Sequence record: NC_019411.1
DNA: 64,000 bases
Direction: 5' to 3' (one strand)
Shown here piece after piece: positions 45,500 through 52,075 of this stretch (its first letter is position 1; the number at the start of each line of letters is the position of its first letter). Below the pieces are notes generated by a model. That model was not told the origin of the DNA. It worked only from the letters and a program-made list of their open reading frames with translations, and did not search any database. The position numbers were made by a program, and so were the translations under genes.

Positions 45500-45852
45500 A
45501 GCGCCAGACCCAGATGGACCTCAACGGGATCACCCGCGCCGAGGCCGCCTGCGTCGCGGCCCTGATCCACGGCACGCGGCTGAAGTTCGTCGACCGCGCG
45601 CCCGACGGCTATTATCGGGTCGTGGCCATGGTGACGCGCGATCTGACGCACCAGAAGCCCGACGGGCGGGTGCGGCTGAAGTGCTACGAGCGCAAGTTCT
45701 CCCGTCCGACCATCGACAAGCTGGTGGCGCGCCGGGCGCTCCAGGTCGTCCAGATGGACGAGCAGGGCCGCGTCCAGATCGCCGCCTCGGCCGAGATGGT
45801 TCACGCTTGCATGGCGCTGCACGGGATCAGGCTGAAGAGACCGGGCGGATGA
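45496..45852 (+). CDS. small wHTH-like protein
   Basis: SRPTIDKLVARRAL...MDEQG. Confidence 0.65.
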   Translation: MKRQTQMDLNGITRAEAACVAALIHGTRLKFVDRAPDGYYRVVAMVTRDLTHQKPDGRVRLKCYERKFSRPTIDKLVARRALQVVQMDEQGRVQIAASAEMVHACMALHGIRLKRPGG

Positions 45853-46178
45853 TCCGGCGCCGCGTCACCCGGCGGCAGGCCGAGGCCAAGGCCGCCTATC
45901 GCGTCGCCGACGCGGTGGGCTATCTGGGGCCGCACCATCTCCTGGTCGAGAAGGTCCCCGGCGGCTGGGTGCTGGTCGATCGCCTGGAGGGCACCTACGC
46001 CCGTCGCGAGCCGCAGGACTTCATGACCTGCACGACCGACGATCTTTCCGAGGCCACGCGCTGGGCCTGGAACTCGATCACCGAGGCCTGCGCCCAGTGC
46101 CGCCTTTCGCTCCAGGCCATCGCCTGGGATCACCTGCTGCGCCCGGTCCAGTACACCCTCAACAAGGAGCCCCTGTGA
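45849..46178 (+). CDS. hypothetical protein
   Basis: ATGA coupling. Confidence 0.6.
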   Translation: MIRRRVTRRQAEAKAAYRVADAVGYLGPHHLLVEKVPGGWVLVDRLEGTYARREPQDFMTCTTDDLSEATRWAWNSITEACAQCRLSLQAIAWDHLLRPVQYTLNKEPL

Positions 46179-46507
46179 GCGCCGCCTTCCGCGTCAAGCG
46201 CATCCTCGACTACATCGAGGGCCTGCGCGCCATGGGCGATGGCCGCCCCGCGACGATCCACGTCGACCACATCCGGGGCGACGTCTACCGCCTGCGGGTG
46301 ATCGAGGCCAACGGCGAGACGTCCTATGGCTTCTACTCGCCGCGCCACTACTCGGCCGACCTCATCCCCGCCGCGCGCGGCGTCTTCTCGCGCTTCCGCC
46401 TGGGCTCGATCCGCGACGGGGTGCTGCTCTGGCGCGAGGACGCGGACCTGGAGATGATCTCCTGCGACCACCGCCAGCGGCCGATCGACTTCGTCGTCCG
46501 GTCCTGA
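46175..46507 (+). CDS. hypothetical protein
   Basis: GTGA coupling, AAGGAG RBS. Confidence 0.65.
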   Translation: MSAAFRVKRILDYIEGLRAMGDGRPATIHVDHIRGDVYRLRVIEANGETSYGFYSPRHYSADLIPAARGVFSRFRLGSIRDGVLLWREDADLEMISCDHRQRPIDFVVRS

Positions 46508-46518
46508 GAGGCCCCAAG

Positions 46519-46860
46519 ATGCAGACCAACGCCAAGACCCGCGCGCTCCTGATGGACCTCTTCGCGACCACCGAGCACGCCTGGAAGGCCATTCCCTCCT
46601 CGCACTCGGCCAAGCGCGCCTTCCACCTGCGGCTGCTCGACGACCACACCGCCTTCCTGTTCAAGAACCCCGACGGCCTGTGGTCGCTCCAGCGCCAGGG
46701 CCACGCCCCGCGCGCCCTGTTCCACGCCTTCGACATCGGGATGGCGATGCTCGAACACGCCGGCCGCGCCCAGGTGATCGACCACCTCGCCACCTGGGGC
46801 GGAAGCCTCACCTTCATCCCGCACGGCTATGTCGCGAACCGCGACCGTCATGACGCTTGA
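46519..46860 (+). CDS. hypothetical protein
   Basis: GAGG RBS. Confidence 0.65.
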   Translation: MQTNAKTRALLMDLFATTEHAWKAIPSSHSAKRAFHLRLLDDHTAFLFKNPDGLWSLQRQGHAPRALFHAFDIGMAMLEHAGRAQVIDHLATWGGSLTFIPHGYVANRDRHDA

Positions 46861-46885
46861 CACGCCCGCAGGGCCGCGCTAACCA
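46857..46885 (+). promoter_or_regulatory. sigma70-type promoter with ~150-nt leader
   Basis: TTGACA-N17-TAACCA. Confidence 0.6.
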
Positions 46886-47037
46886 TTTTCCTTAACGCAA
46901 CCCATACGAAAATCCTGGTCCAGGGCGCCGCTGAACAGGCTCCCCGGCCGCGCGAAGCCCCGGACCCCAAAAGGGTGTCGCCCGAGGGCGCCGTAGGCGG
47001 ACGCCAAATTTTTTCGTAAGAATGAGGAAATACATCC

Positions 47038-48159
47038 ATGCCCCGTGGTCCGCTGGTCGAGAAGTACGTCAAGGGCAAGCTCTACAGCCAGCGCCAGTTC
47101 CGCCGGCTCATCATCGACACCCTGCGGGCCATCCTCGATCTGCCCGGCTACGAGAAGGGGGCGCGCGCCCGCGACATCGCCGACAAGTTCGGCGACCCCG
47201 CCTGGGTCGAGGCCGAGAACCTGCGGCTGATCGCCGTCACCCTGAACAACCTCAAGACCCAGGGGCTGGTCAAGCAGATCGAGCGCGGGCTCTACAAGGT
47301 CAACGAGGCCAAGGTCGATCTGGGCCTGGACCAGATGGAGCAGACCGAGCAGACCATCGCCGAGGTCCTGCGGGCCGAAGGGGGCTACGCCAAGCGCCGG
47401 GTGATCGACCGCGAGCACGACGCCGACAGCCAGTCGACCGACGCCAAGGCCGGCGACATCCAGCGCACCCTCACCCGCGTGCTGATGAACAGCCAACGAA
47501 TCCAGAAGGCCTACGGGGGGATGGTCTACGCCTTCTACAACCTCCCCCAGGCCGAATTGTCCCTCCTGCCCCAGATGGGGAAGTGGCTCCACCTCCAGTC
47601 GGCCGCCGCCACCCGCATGCTGACCGGCCAACCCTCCCACGAGGTCTACGGCCTGATCGAGAAGGCCACCCGCCTCCAGTACCGCCACATCGGGGCGGTC
47701 TTCAAGTTCGTGATCGACCACATCGACGAGGACTTCGCCGACGCCGCGCGCGGCTTTGAGCCCCTGCATGAGGCGATGGCCGAATTCAACGACGCCTTCT
47801 CGGACGTCAACGCCGGCGCCCGGAACAAGATCGAGGACCGGTTCGGCCCCGAGGGCGAAGACCACCGCCAGATGCGCGAGGCCGGCAAGACCTACACCGA
47901 GATCGACGACGCGCGCGAAGCGGCCTTGCGCGCCTACGACGCCGAAGCCCCGCTGCGGCTGATCGACCTCTTCTGCGAAGGAAACCCCCAGGCCCACGAG
48001 CGCGCGCCGCTCTCTTTCTACGAGGCGTTCGCCGACTGGGCGATGCTCGACGCGGCCCAACTCAGCCGGGGCATCCTCGTCGCCGACTTCACCCGCGCCA
48101 AGCGGATCAAGAAGCTCGACGACCGGGAAGACGGCCCGCTGCCCGGCTATGAGGGCTGA
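47038..48159 (+). CDS. 373-aa protein with tandem winged-helix-like N-terminal domains
   Basis: IAVTLNNLKTQGLVKQIERGLYKV; second LTRVLMNSQRIQKAYGGMVY. Confidence 0.75.
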   Translation: MPRGPLVEKYVKGKLYSQRQFRRLIIDTLRAILDLPGYEKGARARDIADKFGDPAWVEAENLRLIAVTLNNLKTQGLVKQIERGLYKVNEAKVDLGLDQMEQTEQTIAEVLRAEGGYAKRRVIDREHDADSQSTDAKAGDIQRTLTRVLMNSQRIQKAYGGMVYAFYNLPQAELSLLPQMGKWLHLQSAAATRMLTGQPSHEVYGLIEKATRLQYRHIGAVFKFVIDHIDEDFADAARGFEPLHEAMAEFNDAFSDVNAGARNKIEDRFGPEGEDHRQMREAGKTYTEIDDAREAALRAYDAEAPLRLIDLFCEGNPQAHERAPLSFYEAFADWAMLDAAQLSRGILVADFTRAKRIKKLDDREDGPLPGYEG

Positions 48160-48189
48160 TCGGCTGGAGGCCCAAAAGGGCTGGCCGCT

Positions 48190-48465
48190 CTGGGTTTGTC
48201 AACCAAAGCCCTACTCCTCTATGGTCCATAAAGGTACACATATTAAATACATTCTTAGTTTACTCTGTATATGTAAACCTCTCCCTATACTCTCTATACC
48301 CTCTAAAAGCTAACCTAATTAAATACATAGTTAGTAATATGTGTGTCTTTCTACCATTTTACTACCCATTTATTTATTATAGTTAGTTTTTCTCCTATAG
48401 TGTAGGGTAGAGAAGAGAAGAAAGGATGAAAAGTGGACTATCTACTAAATGAATAGATAATAATC
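48190..48465. other. AT-rich non-coding island (candidate origin / unwinding element)
   Basis: 53 G+C in 180 nt (48241-48420); ATTAAATACAT x2; TAGTTAGT x2. Confidence 0.6.
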
Positions 48466-48754
48466 CCTGCCGGGCAGACCTCGAAATTGGCGTCGAGCAA
48501 ATCCCGAGCAAATCCTGGTCGCCTCGCTGCCTCGTCGAGGGGATCGACACGGTATGCAGAACCCGGAGGGAGAGCGGAGCGTGTCCAGGCCGTGTCGGCG
48601 AACCTGTTGATCGTCGACCGCCTGTCCCGCCCCGACCCGTCGACCGTCCTGCCCGTCAACCGCCCTGCCGAGAAACGACCCGTCATCTGACACGGCATCC
48701 AGGTCCCGGAGGGCAAGAGCCCGATAGGGCGGGTTCGGGCCGTGTCGGCGGGAG

Positions 48755-48790
48755 TTGACAGTCGTTGATCACGACGCTAGACGTCGTGAA
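48755..48790 (+). promoter_or_regulatory. promoter of resolvase/terminase cluster with palindrome around -10
   Basis: TTGACA-N17-TAGACG; TCACGACG-CTAGA-CGTCGTGA. Confidence 0.6.
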
Positions 48791-48865
48791 TCTTGACATA
48801 CGCCCGTCTGCATGAGAGACGTGGTTAACGAGATGGGCTGCTCCAAGGCCCCTCGGGAGCCACCC

Positions 48866-49570
48866 ATGCCGACCACCCTCCGCTCGACCTCGCCGTCCGA
48901 TCCGCGCCCCACCGCCGTCGACACTGACGTCCTGGCCCTGGCGATCGGCAAGGTCCTGCCCGACATCCTGGGCTGGGCGCGTCTGCGCCAGCCGGGCTTT
49001 GGCGAGGCCGATGTCCGCCATGCGGTGGTCGAGGCGCTGCACATCGCGGGCCTGGACGCCTTCCGCCTCGGCGTGGTCCTGGCCTCGAAGTTCAACTGGT
49101 CGGTCGACTACAGCCTCGTGCGCCTGCTCGACAGCGTCATCGAGGCCCTGCCGACCGCCTACCGGGCGGTGACCGGCCGCTGGGTCGCTCGCACCGGCAT
49201 CCGCTTTCCGGCCAAGGAAGGCGACACCATCGAGTTCTTCGACGCGTCCGGTCGTCGCCGCGTCGGCAAGGTGGTCGGGGTCTCGGGCCTGACCGCCACG
49301 GCCTATGTCCAGCCCGCCGTCGGCACCGAGTTCACCGACCCGCCGATCGAGATCGCCGCCGAGGCGGTCGCCGCCAACGTCACCCAGAAGCGCTACCAGC
49401 CCGAGCACCCGATCCTGGGGGCACGCTATGATGACGCCCCGACGCTGGGGGCTCTGGCCGAGGCCGAACGCGCCCGCCGCACTGACGCGGCGGCTTCGCC
49501 GAGGACGCCGGCGCCCCACCCGCACCTGACCGACTTCCGCCCGGACCCTGACGGGCCGGCCATCGCCTGA
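48866..49570 (+). CDS. hypothetical protein
   Basis: GGGAG RBS; start MPTTLR. Confidence 0.7.
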   Translation: MPTTLRSTSPSDPRPTAVDTDVLALAIGKVLPDILGWARLRQPGFGEADVRHAVVEALHIAGLDAFRLGVVLASKFNWSVDYSLVRLLDSVIEALPTAYRAVTGRWVARTGIRFPAKEGDTIEFFDASGRRRVGKVVGVSGLTATAYVQPAVGTEFTDPPIEIAAEAVAANVTQKRYQPEHPILGARYDDAPTLGALAEAERARRTDAAASPRTPAPHPHLTDFRPDPDGPAIA

Positions 49571-49580
49571 GACCCTCCCC

Positions 49581-49754
49581 ATGAGCCTTTCCTTCAACGA
49601 CGATCCCGAGCAATGCGTGCGTGACGCGCTGGACCTCGACCTGGACGAGGTGGCGGTGGTCTGCCGCGACGCCTCGGGCGAGGTCTATGTCCTGGCCTCC
49701 ACCAAGGGCCGGCGCCTGGAGCGCCTGCTCGCCGACGGGGTCGACCTGACGTGA
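49581..49754 (+). CDS. small hypothetical protein (57 aa, absent from ORF track)
   Basis: fills gap, GTGA-coupled to resolvase. Confidence 0.5.
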   Translation: MSLSFNDDPEQCVRDALDLDLDEVAVVCRDASGEVYVLASTKGRRLERLLADGVDLT

Positions 49755-50266
49755 AGATCATCGGCGTCGATCCGGGCATCGCCGGCGGCGTCGTGCTGCT
49801 GGACACCAAGGCCTGCACCCTGGCGGTTCACGACATGCCGACCGAGCCCTCGACCAAGGGCCGGCGGCTGGCGTCCTCGGCCCTCTTGACCGTCTTCCTG
49901 CACGACGTCGCCCCCGATCACATCTTCCTCGAAGAGGTCGGGGTCCGCCCCGGCGAGGGCGCGGTCGGGGCCTTTTCGTTCGGGCGCGGCATGGGACGCC
50001 TGGAGGGCGTGGCGGCCGGCACCCGCACCCCGCTGACCATGGTCACGCCCCAGGAATGGAAGCGCGTCACCAAGACCCCGGCCGACAAAAAGCGCGCCAT
50101 CGCCCGCGCCTACCAACTCTTCCCCCGTTGCGTGAAGCTCTTCCAGGGGCCGCGCGGCGGTGAAAAGGACGGGCGCGCCGAAGCCGCCCTGATCGCCTTC
50201 TACGGGGCGATGAAGCTCGGCGCCGTCCCCTCCTCTCCCATCGACCCGGCGGAGTTTCCGGCTTGA
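49751..50266 (+). CDS. RuvC-like Holliday junction resolvase
   Basis: IIGVDPG, IFLEEV, FSFG...G, KDGRAEAALIA. Confidence 0.85.
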   Translation: MKIIGVDPGIAGGVVLLDTKACTLAVHDMPTEPSTKGRRLASSALLTVFLHDVAPDHIFLEEVGVRPGEGAVGAFSFGRGMGRLEGVAAGTRTPLTMVTPQEWKRVTKTPADKKRAIARAYQLFPRCVKLFQGPRGGEKDGRAEAALIAFYGAMKLGAVPSSPIDPAEFPA

Positions 50267-50898
50267 CCCAGCCCCAGTACCTGACGCGCCAAGCGCTTTT
50301 CCGCCGCCGCCAGCGCGGCGACATTTGGCCCGTCCATGACGAGATGGACTACGCCGCCAGCGCCTCCACCGTCGTCGACGATCCGCGCGAGCCGAGCATC
50401 GTCCCGACCGGGGTGCTCGACGCGGCCGGCGAGATGCTGCTGAAGGTCCACATGCCGATCAAGGTCCCGCTGGGCTTCGCCATCCCGCCGGTCGACCGCG
50501 ACGACGCCGACGAGGTGGTCTCCTACGTCCCCGAGAGCCAGTTGATCGTCTCCGACATCGGCCTGGGGCGCGGCTATGTCACCCCCGAGGAAGCCGACGC
50601 CGGCGAGATCGACGGCCATGAGGCCCACGAGGAACACCCCGGTCAGGCCTCGATCCGCATCCCCGCCACCAAGGAAGTGATCGCCGCCCACGGGGCGATG
50701 GGCGAGGCGGCCGAACGGGTCGCCGATCAGGTCACCGCCCTGCATGTCGATCTCACCCCCGAGGGGATCATCGTGCTGCGCGGCCTGATCGCCGCCCAGG
50801 GCGAGGCGCTGATCGCCTTCCTCCAGGCGGCTCACACCGCGCGGGCCGAGGGTGGCGAAGAAGACGAGGACGAGGACGATGGCCCCGAAGAAGCCTGA
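50263..50898 (+). CDS. acidic hypothetical protein
   Basis: TTGA coupling. Confidence 0.65.
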   Translation: MTQPQYLTRQALFRRRQRGDIWPVHDEMDYAASASTVVDDPREPSIVPTGVLDAAGEMLLKVHMPIKVPLGFAIPPVDRDDADEVVSYVPESQLIVSDIGLGRGYVTPEEADAGEIDGHEAHEEHPGQASIRIPATKEVIAAHGAMGEAAERVADQVTALHVDLTPEGIIVLRGLIAAQGEALIAFLQAAHTARAEGGEEDEDEDDGPEEA

Positions 50899-51184
50899 CC
50901 TCTCGACCCGGTCGGGCGCGGCCCGCCATAGCGCCGAGCGCGACAAGGCCCTCGACGCGGCGGTTTCCGCCTTCCACGAGGCGGTGCGGATGTACACGGG
51001 CCTGACCGCCCAGGCCAACCTCAACAAGGTCCGCCCGGCCATCGTCGAGGAGTACCGCTTCGGGGCGATCGCCGCCTTCGAAGCCCTGCTCGACAACATG
51101 AAGACCGCCTCCGACGCCCTGGTGATCCTCAACGCCGTGCGCGGGGCCTCCCCGCCCGACAAGCCCAAACGCACCGAGCTTTAG
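50879..51184 (+). CDS. hypothetical protein
   Basis: start MAPKKP. Confidence 0.6.
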   Translation: MAPKKPDLSTRSGAARHSAERDKALDAAVSAFHEAVRMYTGLTAQANLNKVRPAIVEEYRFGAIAAFEALLDNMKTASDALVILNAVRGASPPDKPKRTEL

Positions 51185-51187
51185 ATC

Positions 51188-52063
51188 ATGCCGCGCCTTT
51201 CCAACGATCGCCACGAGATGTACGCCCTGATGCGGGCCAAGGGCATGAAGCCCCAGGCCGCCGCCCAGGCCGCCGGCTTCGTGGCCGGCTCGTCGATCTA
51301 CGCCGAACTGGAGAAGGACCCCGAGGTCCAGGCGCGCGCCCAGGAACTGCTCGACGAGAACAACCTCAAGCGCGAGCAGATGCGCACCGCCGCCACCGAG
51401 GCGGCCAAGGTCGTCGGTCAGGTCTCGGGCCTGTCCAAGGCCTGGGTGCTCCAGAAGCTGGCCGAGAACGCCCAGATGGCGGCCCAGGACGGCGACTACA
51501 AGGAGAGCAACGCCGCCCTCAAGCTGATCGGCGACGAGTTCGGCATGTTCAGCGGCGCCTCCTCGGAAGGGACCGAGGGCCAGAACGGCGAGCGCGTCTA
51601 CGACCTCGACGGGCTGAGCGCCCTTCTCGTCAAGGGGACCTCGGCGATCCCCGTGCCGCCGCCCAAGGTCGACCCCTCGGCCGCCTTCGACCTGATCGCC
51701 GGCAACGGGGCCGCCGCCCGCCGCGCCCGCGAGAGCCGGGCCTTCTCCGACGGCGAGGAAAGCGACGCGGTGTTCTCCGAGGACGCCGATATCGACGCGG
51801 TCATGGACGGGGCCTGGAGCGGCCCCAGCCCCGACGACTACCTGGAGGCCGAAAATTCGCGCCAGGAGGCCCCTGAAGCCGCTGACCGACCCGAGCCCCC
51901 GGCCGACCCCGTTCCGGCCGCTGGCGACCCCGCGCAGGAGCCGGGAACCTGGGAGCAGATCGATCCCAAGACCTCCCCCGAAGCGATCATGGCGCGCATC
52001 CAAGCCGCCGGCCAATCCCCGACTTCCAGCGATGACCGGCCCAAGCGCCGCTCCTCGCGCTGA
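51188..52063 (+). CDS. terS: putative terminase small subunit
   Basis: directly upstream of terL; N-terminal HTH-like (KGMKPQAAAQAAGF), helical oligomerisation region; C-terminal acidic low-complexity tail. Confidence 0.6.
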   Translation: MPRLSNDRHEMYALMRAKGMKPQAAAQAAGFVAGSSIYAELEKDPEVQARAQELLDENNLKREQMRTAATEAAKVVGQVSGLSKAWVLQKLAENAQMAAQDGDYKESNAALKLIGDEFGMFSGASSEGTEGQNGERVYDLDGLSALLVKGTSAIPVPPPKVDPSAAFDLIAGNGAAARRARESRAFSDGEESDAVFSEDADIDAVMDGAWSGPSPDDYLEAENSRQEAPEAADRPEPPADPVPAAGDPAQEPGTWEQIDPKTSPEAIMARIQAAGQSPTSSDDRPKRRSSR

Positions 52064-52075
52064 CCCTAGAACGCC

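Noticed and set aside
48392-48410. SP6/T7-like promoter (CTATAGTGT) in the AT island
   Set aside because: Only a 9-nt match on one strand, single copy, and no single-subunit RNAP gene in this window.
48438-48716. Short ORFs in 48438-48716 and 55794-56615
   Set aside because: No RBS, atypical composition, and they overlap repeat arrays; treated as non-coding, except 56305-56562.
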